Assembly: GCA_002269645.1 (NCBI GenBank)
Contig: NIVC01002186.1
Coordinates: 107,653-171,652, forward strand
DNA: 64,000 nucleotides
Origin: Macrostomum lignano
Lineage: Eukaryota
Reading direction: 5' to 3'
This document shows, in pieces, positions 1 to 39,312 of this stretch (position 1 is its first letter; the number at the start of each line of letters is the position of its first letter). The notes beneath the pieces were generated by a model. That model was not told where the DNA came from. It was given only the letters and a program-made list of their open reading frames with translations, and ran no database searches. The position numbers and the translations under genes were made by a program.

Positions 1-55
1 CAGAGAGAGTTATAGCTCATAGAATGAATGAGCCCCATACTCCGTGCTGCCTCAG

Positions 56-947
56 ACATCTACGTGTGCGCGGTCTCCTACGCTCACAACGTGGCTTCCA
101 AGCCGAACTTCATCGCCATGGTTTCCACCATCGTTGAGACGGCCAATCCGCGTGAGGAGCTCCGACCCGGCCTGAACCTGCTTGGCCCGATCGATCAGAT
201 CTTCTACAAGGAGAGCGACCTGCTTGAGCCCACCGATAGTGGCGAAAAGTCCAAGGTAGGCAATTTTGCTGTTGAATGTGGTGTCTTAAGCGTTTTATAG
301 TTTCACGGCTCAGGTGTGGTATAATACGGGTTTTAATAACTCAGGTGTGGTATAATACGGGTTTAAATGACTCAGGTGTGGTATAATACGGGTTTTAATG
401 ACCCCAGGTGTAAAATGTGCGGCTTTTAATGGCCCAGGTGTAAAATGTGCGGCTTTTAATGGCCCAGGTGTAAAATGTGCGGCTTTTAATGGCCCAGGTG
501 TAAAATGTGCGGCTTTTAATGGCCCAGGTGTAAAATGTGCGGCTTTTAATGGCCCAGGTGTAAAATGTGCGGCTTTTAATGGCCCAGGTGTAAAATGTGC
601 GGCTTTTAATGGCCCAGGTGTAAAATGTGCGGCTTTTAATGGCCCAGGTGTAAAATGTGCGGCTTTTAATGGCCCAGGTGTAAAATGTGCGGCTTTTAAT
701 GGCCCAGGTGTAAAATGTGCGGCTTTTAATGACCCAGGTGTAAAATGTGCGGATTTCGAGGAGCCATAACCATCCTATCATGCTCCCCCTTCCTCGCCCT
801 CAGGTGTACATCTCGAAGAGCTACGACGCCACCACGCACTTTGAGACCACTTGCCGCGACGTTCTGGACGTCTACGAGCGCCTGATGGGCGAGAAATTCG
901 ACTTCAGCAAAGTGCAGGACAAGATTGTTAATGCCGAGGACGACTAA
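56..947 (+). CDS. Gdi: Rab GDP-dissociation inhibitor, last two exons (56-255, 804-947); gene begins upstream of the window
   Basis: Spliced translation DIYVCAVSYAHNVASKPNFIAMVSTIVETANPREELRPGLNLLGPIDQIFYKESDLLEPTDSGEKSK|VYISKSYDATTHFETTCRDVLDVYERLMGEKFDF matches the Rab GDI C-terminus (SDIYV..SYAHNVA; SYDATTHFETTC). Acceptor AG 54-55, donor GTAGGC 256, acceptor CAG 801-803, TAA 945-947; phases are consistent. Confidence 0.95.
403..755. repeat. 30-bp minisatellite (~12 copies) in the last GDI intron
   Basis: Unit CCCAGGTGTAAAATGTGCGGCTTTTAATGG, preceded by three related ctcaggtgtggtataatacggg units (309-395). Confidence 0.95.
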
Positions 948-1678
948 AGCACTGGATTGGAAGCCGTGATTGAATAACTTGACTGACTGAAACTATTATT
1001 AACGCAAAACTAATCGGTGGGTGGAGTCAGACACTCGGTTCTCTCTCTCTCTCTCTTTCATTTCCCTGGCTCTCCCCTTTTTTGTTGCTTTTGTTTCTGT
1101 TTCGTTGCTCGCCGAAAATTTCCAATAACAAATCGCCTGCAGACGGAGTGTGTACGTTCGTAAAAAATATTAATAAATATTTTTGGGTACAGATTTACGG
1201 TGATTTCATTAGCAATATATTAGTTATTAATTCTTAGTGTTTTAGTTAACAATCGGTTATAATTATGTCAGATTACTAACTATATACAATATATGCAAGA
1301 CTTTAATGTGCTTTGCCACTCACAAGCCCCTCCAAAAAGATAATGCTTAATAGTCTAACTTTATTTTTATTGTTGTTTTGTCTTGTCTCCCGCCCCCGAT
1401 CTTCTGCCTGCCTGCCTACTGCAACTGAAAAGCCGGTTTTGTGCGTGTTTGCTTTCTATCATCTTATATCTGTTTGTGTTGGCACTGGTATTGCTTAATT
1501 ATTACTTTTTCATAGCGGTGTAGTACTTGCAGTAGTATCTTTTATTTTAGTTTTTTTTGTTGCGCTGGACTGCCGTCAAACTGTTATAACTATTAATATC
1601 GTTATATGGCATGTTTTTTTGATTAGTAATTTGTATCGCGTAAATTCAGTACCCAACTAAAATATGTGTGTGTTAGCC

Positions 1679-2716
1679 GAGATCAAACCTTAGGACCACC
1701 ACAGGTATGTTTGTAAACAAAGCCAATAATAGAGTGCAGTCACATTGGAGATCGAACCTAGGACCACCACAGGTATGTTTGTAAACAAAGCCAATAATAG
1801 AGTGCAGTCACATTGGAGATCGAACCTAGGACCACCACAGGTATGTTTGTAAACAAAGCTAATAATAGGGTGCAGTCACGTTGGAGATCGAACCTAGGAC
1901 CACCACAGGTATGTTTGTAAACAAAGCCAATAATAGAGTGCAGTCACATTGGAGATCGAACCTAGGACCACCACAGGTATGTTTGTAAACAAAGCTAATA
2001 ATAGGGTGCAGTCACATTGGAGATCGAACCTAGGACCACCACAGGTATGTTTGTAAACAAAGCCAATAATAGGGTGCAGTCACATTGGAGATCGAACCTA
2101 GGACCACCACAGGTATGTTTGTAAACAAAGCTAATAATAGGGTGCAGTCACATTGGAGATCGAACCTAGGACCACCACAGGTATGTTTGTAAACAAAGCC
2201 AATAATAGGGTGCAGTCACATTGGAGATCGAACCTAGGACCACCACAGGTATGTTTGTAAACAAAGCCAATAATAGGGTGCAGTCACATTGGAGATCGAA
2301 CCTAGGACCACCACAGGTATGTTTGTAAACAAAGCTAATAATAGGGTGCAGTCACGTTGGAGATCGAACCTAGGACCACCACAGGTATGTTTGTAAACAA
2401 AGCCAATAATAGGGTGCAGTCACATTGGAGATCGAACCTAGGACCACCACAGGTATGTTTGTAAACAAAGCCAATAATAGGGTGCAGTCACGTTGGAGAT
2501 CGAACCTAGGACCACCACAGGTATGTTTGTAAACAAAGCCAATAATAGGGTGCAGTCACATTGGAGATCGAACCTAGGACCACCACAGGTATGTTTGTAA
2601 ACAAAGCCAATAATAGGGTGCAGTCACGTTGGAGATCGAACCTAGGACCACCACAGGTATGTTTGTAAACAAAGCCAATAATAGTGTGCAGTCACATTGG
2701 AAATCGAACCTAGGAC
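1679..2716. repeat. 68-bp tandem repeat (~15 copies)
   Basis: Unit GAGATCGAACCTAGGACCACCACAGGTATGTTTGTAAACAAAGCCAATAATAGRGTGCAGTCACATTG; period measured 1748 to 1816. Confidence 0.95.
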
Positions 2717-3744
2717 CTACATGTAGAACCTAGAACTTGGAACTGCTTGATACTCTATAGGCTTTATCGTACACACACAGGTACGCCTTGATTGATCTTG
2801 ATTGTTTCCTTGATTATCTATCTATCTATTAACAACTTAATATCCGGTTCCGTTTGTGTTACTCTTGCTGTGTGCAAAGTTGAATTTGTTAAAATATTTT
2901 GTGATCAAAATTTGCAAATAATACTACTACTGAAACTACTATAAATATAATTCTGTCAATTTTCATTAAAATAAGATCTTATTTGATTTCGCAGTCGGCT
3001 TGGCTTTTCCGTTTTCTGTCTCGCTTTCCTCTCTGATAAATTTTCAATCTGTTATTTAATTATTAATTATTAGTCTAGGCTCGCACTGCTATTGGGTGTC
3101 AGCGTCTGTGTCAATGTCGCACTTGTTCGCATAATATTCCTCTCTTTATATTCATATATAATTATCGCTTGTTTATTCACGATTCTTATACTGTTATAAT
3201 TATAGTTATTATGATTACTATTATTTATGCTTATAAAGTTTATAAAGTAACTTACTGAGTCGCACTTGGCCCCCTCCCAATATTGATAAAACACACCGAT
3301 CCTGATGATGTTAATGATGACTGGCTTGAGCCTCTGTTGTCTCCGCTACCCTTTGTCTGTGCCCCCCGCCCCCTGATTTATTTGTTGTTGTTGAGGCTAC
3401 AAAAATGTTGAGTATGCTATAATAATTATTATTACTACAAGTCTGAGGTTTCACCACGCCCCGTGTGTTCCTGTTTTGGCAACACTTTAAAAAGTTCTTC
3501 TGCTATTCTGTTAAGTCGTTTCTCGTCTTATATATTTAACAACTAAACAGTCTGTTTGATCTGGTCTGTTGTCTCCCAGGCTTTGTTATTTCATTTGCGT
3601 CCTCTCCTACTGCCTCAATTTGAGTAGTATAGTACGATTCCTTTAGTATTATAATACACTTCTTATATAGAATGTTGAGGGCAGGCACGTACATTGTGCA
3701 CTCTTAAAGTACAATAATTGATCACAGCTCAGCCGCAGCTATTG

Positions 3745-3950
3745 CGCGGCGCATCTGAAGGCTGCTCACGACTACGACTGTTCAGTCCAAGGACTGGGAA
3801 GTCGCCACACGCACCCTCAGTTACCCCAGCTAATGCTGGCACCCATTTTACAGCTGGGTGAACTGAAGCAATGCAGAGTTAAGTGTCTTGCTCAAGGACA
3901 CAAATTGTTCTGAGTGGGTCAATAATCGAACCCCTGACCTTTCAATCACA
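3745..3950 (-). mobile_element. tRNA-derived CORE-type (MIR-like) SINE copy
   Basis: Minus strand reads a B-box-like GGTTCGA (3926-3932), then TGTGTCCTTGAGCAAGACACTTAACTCTGCATTGCTTCAGTTCACCCAGCTGTAAAATGGG (3842-3902), which aligns by eye with the MIR/CORE consensus TGTGACCTTGGGCAAGTCACTTAACCTCTCTGAGCCTCAGTTTCCTCATCTGTAAAATGGG. Ends not resolved. Confidence 0.7.
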
Positions 3951-4578
3951 TCACAACCCGTCATTTTGAATTCAAATTAACTTCAAAAATGCAAAAAAGC
4001 CAGTTGTAAGTTGATGAGAGGCTGAAGTTTCCAAATTTTGGCCACTTAATAGCTGCTTTCGGACAAGTGACAAGTGAAATTTCCTGCCACTTACAACCGA
4101 AGCAATATGTTTAGTTGCTTGAGAAAAAATAAAAGCCACAAGCCATTAATATCGACCCCACATTCGACTTTTATAGCCCATGTGTGTTCATTAAAAAAAG
4201 AGAGCAATTAACCATGCTTGGGCGATGAAAGCGAGTTATATTATGTACTTTATTTCACAACTCTTCTTCAATGACTTTCCTTCAACCAAGAAGCCAACAG
4301 TTTCTTCTGTAGTAAGCGATTTTAAGCGAAACACATTTGCCAACAAACAAATGCACAAATGAATACAGCCTCCAGCTTCTCCAGCGGGCTCCTCGGGCAA
4401 CTATGAAGATATTAATTTATAGAGAACAAAATAACCGAAGCAGAAAGTATTTAAAATAAGCGAACTTCGCCTTAGTAGAAGTATTCGTATTCCTTTCCTG
4501 GCCTTGGCTATACGAAAGTTAATAATGACGTCATCGCGTCGATTGCGCTCATCGTCAGTCAGTCATGTGACTTTCTTC

Positions 4579-5613
4579 TCAAGAGTCGCCGGCACCCACC
4601 GCCTTGCCCGGCGCCGAAGCCTTGGTCGGCTTTTTCACCTTCGACTCCTTCACCGACGGCAGTGCGCCCGTCGGCGGCCGGTGCCGACCGCAGCGCCGGA
4701 TCTCGCCGCGCAGCCGGAGCAGCTCTGCCTCCATGCTGGCCATTCGGGCGGCGCTGCGCGCCCTGGCGCCGATCTCCGCTCTACCGCGCGCCGCCGACGA
4801 TTCCACAAGGTGGCGAATTGTGCGCTCCGATTGCACCAGCTTGTTAGTCAGGGCCCGCTCCGCCACCGGCCACTGCACCTGGAAGTACAGCACCTCCTGC
4901 TGCAGCGGAGTGAGCTCAATGTTGGCTGGCAGCCAGCTGTCGCCGGATTCGTCGGGCCCATTCAGGCCAACCAGAGCGGACAGCCGTTCCGCGCCCTGCC
5001 TGACCTCCGACAGCAGCTGCTGCAGGTGCTCGGCCATCGACATCGAGTCCATGCCGCTGCGCCTGTGGCCTGCCACCGTCAGGATGGTCACCTCCTCGGC
5101 CGCCTCGCGATCCGAGTTGCTGCTCTGCTCGTTCATTGCAGCTTTGAAGGCCGCCTCCGCCTCTGCCGTCGCCGTCGCTGCTGCTGGTGGTTTTCTGTTG
5201 AATCGGCTAGAAAGCAGATGCCTCAGCCGGCTGGCAGGCTTTCGGCTACTCTTTGCTGCGCTGGTGTTCGTGTCCAGGCACTCCTGCTGCTTCTGCTGCT
5301 GAGGTGGCGGTGGTGGAGCCAGCTGGGCCGACAGGCAGGCAGCGGCTATGCGCTGCGGCGCCGCATCGAGTAGCGCTAGTAGGGCGGCGCAGTTCTTTAG
5401 CAGCGCGGGGACGTACACGAACTCGCTGCTGCCTCGGCCTCGGCCTTTGCTGCCAACTGAGCCACGCGGCCGCCGCAGCACCACAGGCGGGTAGCCGAGC
5501 CGGCGGCATTCGTGGTCCACGTTGTAAGCCGTGCTGACAAGCTCCGCCGCCGCGGATTCCGTCATGGCACCCGCTGTACCGTCGAATGTCTTCGCTGTGG
5601 GATCGGCGGCCAT
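4579..5613 (-). CDS. Intronless ~344-aa protein with a C-terminal coiled coil; possible afadin/alpha-actinin-binding (ADIP/SSX2IP-like) N-terminal domain
   Basis: Open frame 4579-5655 with GC3-rich codons; first ATG at 5613 (MAADP). VDHECRRLGYPPV...EFVYVPALLKNCAALLALL resembles remembered SSX2IP LDQELTTFGFPSL...ELNIVAVLNCMNELLVL. Heptad-like segment ALTNKLVQSERTIRHL...MASMEAELLRLRGEI. Coding call is solid; family call is weak. Confidence 0.7.
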   Translation of the reverse strand: MAADPTAKTFDGTAGAMTESAAAELVSTAYNVDHECRRLGYPPVVLRRPRGSVGSKGRGRGSSEFVYVPALLKNCAALLALLDAAPQRIAAACLSAQLAPPPPPQQQKQQECLDTNTSAAKSSRKPASRLRHLLSSRFNRKPPAAATATAEAEAAFKAAMNEQSSNSDREAAEEVTILTVAGHRRSGMDSMSMAEHLQQLLSEVRQGAERLSALVGLNGPDESGDSWLPANIELTPLQQEVLYFQVQWPVAERALTNKLVQSERTIRHLVESSAARGRAEIGARARSAARMASMEAELLRLRGEIRRCGRHRPPTGALPSVKESKVKKPTKASAPGKAVGAGDS

Positions 5614-5823
5614 TTTCTCCTGTTCGGGACTTGCCAATTCTGCGCTGATTTTCAATGCTTTTCAATTGCGACTCTCCAGTCAGTCTATATTTATTGTCTG
5701 ACCAAGCAACTGTTCAATTTGAGTGACTGATGGGAGCTTTCAGCCATAGACAGCTGGCTGGGGAACCCGGCTGAGCTTAGGACAAATGAATCTAAATATT
5801 CTGGGTTTACAAAAATGGAGGTA

Positions 5824-6252
<429 letters not shown>

Positions 6253-6884
6253 TACATTGCTCATAATACTACTGCAAGTAGTTAACCGTAGCATTACAAA
6301 ACCAGTCCAGTGCAGCAAGCATTTCAAAGCTCCCGTGCCTCTTGGCGACCGTCAGTCTGGCTGAGCCTAAAATAAGTTGAAAGCGCGCAAGACAAAAAAA
6401 TGCAGAGCCATTCGTCACAGCTCCGCTCGGAATCTGCGTGTCCCCTCCCCACTTGAATTTAACTGGTTGTTGCGCGATGACGGCGTCTCCATCATCGGTC
6501 GCGGTTTGTATTCGACAAGGACACATACTTGGATTGCAGCAGAGGGCAACTGGAAGAGATAAGAGTAAAAGAACGCGATTTAACGCCAAGGATGCGCAAA
6601 CTGCACGCACTGTGCACAATTGGGAATACACTGTAGTGCCTGTGTAACATTGGAAAGTAAAAACGATAGCTGACTGGATGCAATGCCGGTTTTGCTTTCC
6701 ATCTCTTCTCTCTCCCCTTTCACGTGTGCATGTGTACGAGTCAAGCTTTTCTGTTGCACAGCTCGCCATCCTGTCTGCGTATCCTTTGTGCTGCCCGTAA
6801 TCGCAGCTGCGTGTGCCTCTCATCTTTGATTGATTTCTGTAGAATTGTAAGGGCTGGTTGCAATTCTGCACTGCTGTGCACAGC

Positions 6885-8080
6885 CCTCTGTAATGCCTGA
6901 TCACACAGTCTTCTGTAATGCCTGATCACACAGTCTTCTGTAGTGCCTGATCACACAACCCTCAGTAATGCCTGATCACACAGCCCTCAGTAATGCCTGA
7001 TCACACAGTCTTCTGTAATGCCTGATCACACAGTCTTCTGTAATGCCTGATCACACAGCCCTCAGTAATGCCTGATCACACAGCCCTCAGTAATGCCTGA
7101 TCACACAGTCTTCTGTAATGCCTGATCACACAGTCTTCTGTAATGCCTGATCACACAGCCCTCAGTAATGCCTGATCACACAGTCTTCTGTAATGCCTGA
7201 TCACACAGTCTTCTGTAGTGCCTGATCACACAGCCCTCAGTAATGCCTGATCACACAGCCCTCAGTAATGCCTGATCACACAGTCTTCTGTAATGCCTGA
7301 TCACACAGTCTTCTGTAATGCCTGATCACACAGTCTTCTGTAATGCCTGATCACACAGCCCTCAGTAATGCCTGATCACACAGTCTTCTGTAATGCCTGA
7401 TCACACAGTCTTCTGTAATGCCTGATCACACAGCCCTCAGTAATGCCTGATCACACAGCCCTCAGTAATGCCTGATCACACAGTCTTCTGTAATGCCTGA
7501 TCACACAGTCTTCTGTAATGCCTGATCACACAGTCTTCTGTAATGCCTGATCACACAGCCCTCAGTAATGCCTGATCACACAGTCTTCTGTAATGCCTGA
7601 TCACACAGTCTTCTGTAATGCCTGATCACACAACCCTCTAATGCCTGATCACACAGTCTTCTGTAATGCCTGATCACACAGTCTTCTGTAATGCCTGATC
7701 ACACAGTCTTCTGTAATGCCTGATCACACAGCCCTCAGTAATGCCTGATCACACAGTCTTCTGTAATGCCTGATCACACAGTTTTCTGTAATGCCTGATC
7801 ACACAGTCTTCTGTAATGCCTGATCACACAGTCTTCTGTAATTCCTGATCACACAGTCTTCTGTAATGCCTGATCACACAGTCTTCTGTAATGCCTGATC
7901 ACACAGTCTTCTGTAATGCCTGATCACACAGCCCTCAGTAATGCCTGATCACACAGTCTTCTGTAATGCCTGATCACACAGTTTTCTGTAATGCCTGATC
8001 ACACAGTCTTCTGTAATGCCTGATCACACAGTCTTCTGTAATTCCTGATCACACAGTCTTCTGTAATGCCTGATCACACA
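6885..8080. repeat. 25-bp minisatellite with two interleaved variants
   Basis: TAATGCCTGATCACACAGTCTTCTG and TAATGCCTGATCACACAGCCCTCAG. Confidence 0.95.
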
Positions 8081-8245
8081 GCCCTCTGCATGGTCACTCC
8101 ACGCTGTCTCCGCCACAACGCATTCTGCTGTTTGCAATCTGTGTACTTTTTCAGCCACAAGGCCACTTTTTACTGCAGTTGTAAATCACTGGCAAACTGC
8201 TGCTGCTGCTGCTGCAAAACTTTCCACCTATTTGCTACGTTACGA

Positions 8246-9088
8246 CCTGCTCCTGATTGTTCAGGTCTGGCCAATAGCACCTGTTCCTGATTGTTCAGGT
8301 CCGGCCAATAGCACCTGTTCCTGATTGTTCAGGTCCGGCCAACAGCACCTGTTCCTGATTGTTCAGGTCTGGCCAATAGCACCTGCTCCTGATTGTTCAG
8401 GTCCGGCCAACAGCACCTGTTCCTGATTGTTCAGGTCCGGCCAACAGTACCTGTTCCTGATTGTTCAGGTCTGGCCAATAGCACCTGCTCCTGATTGTTC
8501 AGGTCTGGCCAATAGCACCTGTTCCTGATTGTTCAGGTCTGGCCAATAGCACCTGTTCCTGATTGTTCAGGTCCGGCCAATAGCACCTGCTCCTGATTGT
8601 TCAGGTCTGGCCAATAGCACCTGTTCCTGATTGTTCAGGTCTGGCCAATAGCACCTGTTCCTGATTGTTCAGGTCCGGCCAACAGCACCTGTTCCTGATT
8701 GTTCAGGTCTGGCCAATAGCACCTGCTCCTGATTGTTCAGGTCCGGCCAACAGCACCTGTTCCTGATTGTTCAGGTCCGGCCAACAGTACCTGTTCCTGA
8801 TTGTTCAGGTCTGGCCAATAGCACCTGCTCCTGATTGTTCAGGTCTGGCCAATAGCACCTGTTCCTGATTGTTCAGGTCTGGCCAATAGCACCTGTTCCT
8901 GATTGTTCAGGTCCGGCCAACAGCACCTGTTCCTGATTGTTCAGGTCCGGCCAACAGCACCTGCTCCTGAGTGTTCAGGTCCGGCCAACAGCACCTGTTC
9001 CTGATTGTTCAGGTCCGGCCAACAGCACCTGTTCCTGATTGTTCAGGTCCGGCCAACAGCACCTGTTCCTGAGTGTTCAGGTCTGGCC
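8246..9088. repeat. 34-bp minisatellite
   Basis: Unit CCTGATTGTTCAGGTCYGGCCAAYAGCACCTGYT; period 8251 to 8285. Confidence 0.95.
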
Positions 9089-9592
9089 TCCTTAATTGCT
9101 TTCAGGCCATACAATATACAGGCAATACACTGCAGACGCTAGGCATCAAGCAAATGAAATCGGTCTGACTTCTTGAGTTTTCCATTGACGAGATTTCGGC
9201 ACAGCCGAGGCACTGCCAGATGGGCCAATCCTTTTGGGAATAAAATAGAGCCAAGGCGCAGAAGTCGCAGTTTCTGCATAAAACTTCCATTTTTTCTCCA
9301 TACTTTTATTCTACACCTTTCCTAGCCGAGTCGCAATCCCCATCTTAAATGTTCCTCTTTAATGTTCATCCACAGTCATAACCGTATTCGTGAAAAAAGC
9401 ACAACTGCGTCGAAAGATGACTTGGAAATGATTAAACGATTCGTTTGAAAATCCGCAAGACGATACGGAGCGAAGCTTCTTTGAGGGTCAGACAGTCGGG
9501 ACACCACTAAGCTGGGGCTGTAATACGCAATTAGACTTAGTTCGTTCGCTAAAGAGCCCTGAGCTTTGAGCTTTAAGGATACTAGAATAGCC

Positions 9593-10505
9593 CCAAGCGG
9601 TAACTGACACAATCATGTTTCAGATCGGGATGCCACAATGACCCGAAGCGGTAACTGACACAATCATGTTTCAGATCGGGATGCCACAATGACCCGAAGC
9701 GGTAACTGACACAATCATGTTTCAGGTGGGGATGCTACAATAACCCGAAGCGGTAACTGACACAATCATGTTTCAGATCGGGATGCCACAATGACCCGAA
9801 GCGATAACTGACACAATCATGTTTCAGATCGGGATGCCACAATGACCCGAAGCGGTAACTGACACAATCATGTTTCAGATCGGGATGCCACAATGACCCG
9901 AAGCGGTAACTGACACAATCATGTTTCAGATCGGGATGCCACAATGACCCGAAGCGGTAACTGACACAATCATGTTTCAGGTGGGATGCTACAATAACCC
10001 GAAGCGGTAACTGACACAATCATGTTTCAGATCGGGATGCCACAATGACCCGAAGCGATAACTGACACAATCATGTTTCAGATCGGGATGCCACAATGAC
10101 CCGAAGCGGTAACTGACACAATCATGTTTCAGATCGGGATGCCACAATGACCCGAAGCGGTAACTGACACAATCATGTTTCAGGTGGGGATGCTACAATA
10201 CCCGAAGCGGTAACTGACACAATCATGTTTCAGGTGGGGATGCCACAATGACCCGAAGCGGTAACTGACACAATCATGTTTCAGATCGGGATGCCACAAT
10301 GACCCGAAGCGGTAACTGACACAATCATGTTTCAGATCGGGATGCCACAATGACCCGAAGCGGTAACTGACACAATCATGTTTCAGATCGGGATGCCACA
10401 ATACCCGAAGCGGTAACTGACACAATCATGTTTCAGATCGGGATGCCACAATGACCCGAAGCGGTAACTGACACAATCATGTTTCAGGTGGGGATGCTAC
10501 AAAGA
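9593..10505. repeat. 51-bp minisatellite
   Basis: Unit GAAGCGGTAACTGACACAATCATGTTTCAGATCGGGATGCCACAATGACCC. Confidence 0.95.
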
Positions 10506-11279
10506 CCCGCATTCATTGTAGCTCTTTGTACGTACCAGGGCAGTAGGTTAGAATTTGCGGCACCCCTTCAGAGCATTTTTCATAGCTAGAAAATAAACAA
10601 GAATTGACGAAGTATTTAGTGCGCATCTTTTTATATACGCCTTCCCTCCTATACACCTACCAAGGGACAAAGCAATGTCGAAGACAGACAAAACCAGCTT
10701 GGATGCCGCCAGTCATGGTGTCCGTGGTTGGAGGGAGGAAAATTATCAAGCGTTTGCAAGTTCCGCTGTTCAACGGCACCAACTGCACAGAACTATGGGG
10801 GGGGGGGTTATTGCCGGGCGCAGAAGACTAAATTGATGGCTCGAGTGGCTTCATGGGGACCCTGAGTGTAGGGGGGGGGGCAAGGATAGGTGAGGGGGGT
10901 CGGCTGGCTGTCTTGCCGCGCTATTTGTACTTTTTTCATATCCGGCCGAAACAATTGCAGGAAAAGAAGGGGCGGAGAACTTGATGCAGCTGGTCCCAGC
11001 AGCCTACATGGTGCTTCCAGCTGTCTGGGATGGGCTGCTGCTGGAAATTCCCCAGCCCCCAACAATTCTGCCCAAGCCAATCCCTGGTCCCAGGGCTGGC
11101 TTTCTCGGCCTCAGCCCCGGAGCCTCGCTGTTGGCATTCCCAACTTGGCCGACCCCGCCTCTCTCAGTCTGCAGGCAAAGCTGCCCGGGCAACAGCAGTT
11201 ATCAAGGCTTACGGGACGGCTAATGCGGTAGAAGGGCTTCCAATTTCACTGTTCAAAGCGGCGCAGCTTAGTAACAAAG

Positions 11280-36967
<25,688 letters not shown>

Positions 36968-37436
36968 ACTTTATATTTGCTCACTAACTGTGGAATTACA
37001 TAATCTGACGTGGCTTAAGGACATCTTAATAATAGATGGATTGCCGATAGAAGTTTTGAAAGCCGATTTTTAGAACCGCAGCGCTACATCATAAATTGAA
37101 AAACAATTGTTCTGGGCAATCTTACCCATTTTACCTGTGTCATTTACGAGTATTATTTATGAATATGGATATATTTTCTAGTAAGTCCTATACCAGTAGT
37201 CTGTCGTCTGCCTTCTATTATAACTGTACTATAAGTTGCAGTATTCATGGCCTCTTTTGTTACATTTTCTCACCATTTTTGTTTCTGATAACTTTATCCT
37301 CAAATGCATCAAATCAAGCTAAAGTATTTAGAATTTTAAAGCTAAGTAAGGAAGACTCGAGCCTCGAGTATTAACAGCAAGTACAAATTTGATACGGTAT
37401 CGTTACCCTTGGCAACATGCAGATCGCTCTGTAGTA

Positions 37437-37823
37437 CAGGGGTTGGCAAACTCCGGCCCCGGGTCCTTTGAAACTTCACAATGGCAATCCGACACACTCG
37501 AGGTTTTTGTGTATTCTCATCTCTCTTCTCAGTTCTCTGCTCTCTCCCCTCTTCTCTCTCTCCTCTGTTCTCTCTCTCTCCTCTTCTCTCTCTCCTCTCT
37601 TCTCTTTTCTCATCTCTCATCTCCTCTTTTCTTTCATTTCATCTCTGCTTTCTTCTTTCGTCTCATCTTTCTCCTCAGTTTTCTCATCTCTTATCTCTCC
37701 TCTCCTCTCTTATCTCGTTCCTCTTCTCTCTCATTCATTCCCTCTCCTTTCCTCTCTCATCTGGCCCGCAGTAATGAACTAGATATCTGGCCCTTTTTGA
37801 GATACAAAAGCTGCCGACCCCTG
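37437..37823. mobile_element. Charlie-type hAT MITE remnant containing a CT-rich tract
   Basis: Left end CAGGGGTTGGCAAACT; right end reverse complement CAGGGGTCGGCAGCTT; internal GGCCC motifs like MER58-type elements. The 8-bp flanks (CTGTAGTA, CTCCATAT) do not match, so no TSD support. Confidence 0.55.
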
Positions 37824-38339
37824 CTCCATATTGTAAAAACGATGTTTCTGTTGCACAGGGAAATTTTGCTTTAAACTAAAATGTGCAAGCAGAGCGTTGT
37901 GTGTGCCTGCATGTACTGTACCTGCATGCTTCTGTCATATTTCTGTTTATGAGTAATATGCAAAACTTGTTGCAGAGCTTCCGCTTCCCCAGCCCACCGC
38001 ACTAGACTCACTCGCCAGCTGAATCCTGTCGCCAGTCTTTCAGTTCCATTCCGAGGCCTGTTAGCAATGACTATTGATATCGTGTAAACACGCAGGTAAC
38101 ATCCAGTGCCGCACTGATATCCATCATAGGCTTTGCTTTGCTTTAAATTCTCATCCGTTATTAATATTACGATCTGCTTTTGTCAACTTGTCTCCTTAGC
38201 AATCCAGGATTATTTTTACCTGTATTGCCTTGTAATGGAGACTATAGTTTTTGCATAGATACAGAATAAATTTCTCTCTTACCTTTCAATTGCTATTTAA
38301 AACATGTTGCCAACCAATGGCGACAAACCAATAGAACCC

Positions 38340-38532
38340 ATTGCTAGGCAAGCTGTTGCTAAGCAAACTGTTGCTAAGCAGACTGTTGCTAAGCAGACTG
38401 TTGCTAAGCCGGTTGTTGCTAAGCCGACTGTTGCTAAGCCGATTGTTGCTAAGCCGATTGTTGCTAAGTAGACTGTTGCTATGCAGACTGTTGCTCAGTA
38501 GGCTGTTGCTATGCAAACTGTTGCTAAGCACA
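38340..38532. repeat. 15-bp repeat CTGTTGCTAAGC(A/C)GA
   Basis: Direct reading. Confidence 0.9.
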
Positions 38533-38859
38533 GAATTACAGAGTTAACAAATCGCCTTAGCAACGCTCTCTAACCATCCCTATCACTCGAGTACACACGT
38601 ACGTCTTCAACAGGCTACTAAAATTAGTATGTAAACACAGGATGCATATTTTTGTGCTCGCAGAAAACTGATCAAATTTATTAGATTAAATTTGCATACA
38701 CTTTTTTATTAACTTTTTAAGTGCAAAAGATTCGCTTCTATACTGAAGACAGAAAGTCGTGTGGTTTTGTGTTTATTCATTTCTTTACTTAATTGATATC
38801 TTGACAGTTTTAAGTCTATTCATGAAATCCACTATCTCCAAAAACTTTGAAGAGAGAGA

Positions 38860-39312
38860 AGAGAATGAAGAGATAGATAGGGAAGACAGGGGGTGAAAAA
38901 ATGAAGAAAATGGAGGAGAGAGAGGAAGAAAGGGAAGAAGAGACACGGGAGATGGGAGAGGTAAGAGAGAAGAGAGGAAGCAGGAGAGATGAGACAGGGG
39001 AAAGTGGAGAGAGGAGAGTTGGGGGGGATGGAGAGGGGTATGGGGAGGGGGAGAGGAGATATGAGAGGGAAGCGGGAGTTAGAGGAGAAAGGGAAGAAAG
39101 GGGAGAGGAGAAATGGGAAGATGAGAGGGAAGAGAGGAGAGATGAGAGGGAAGAGAGGGGAGAGGAGAGATGAGATGGAAGAGAGGAGAGATGAGAGGGA
39201 AGAGAGGAGAGATGAGAGGGAAGAGAGGAGAGATGAGAGGGAAGAGAGGAGAGATGAGAGGGAAGAGGGGAGAGATGAGAGGGAAGAGAGGGGAGAGGAG
39301 AGATGAGAGGTG
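38860..39312. repeat. GA-rich low-complexity region with a 21-bp repeat
   Basis: GAGGAGAGATGAGAGGGAAGA units in the 3' half. Confidence 0.88.
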
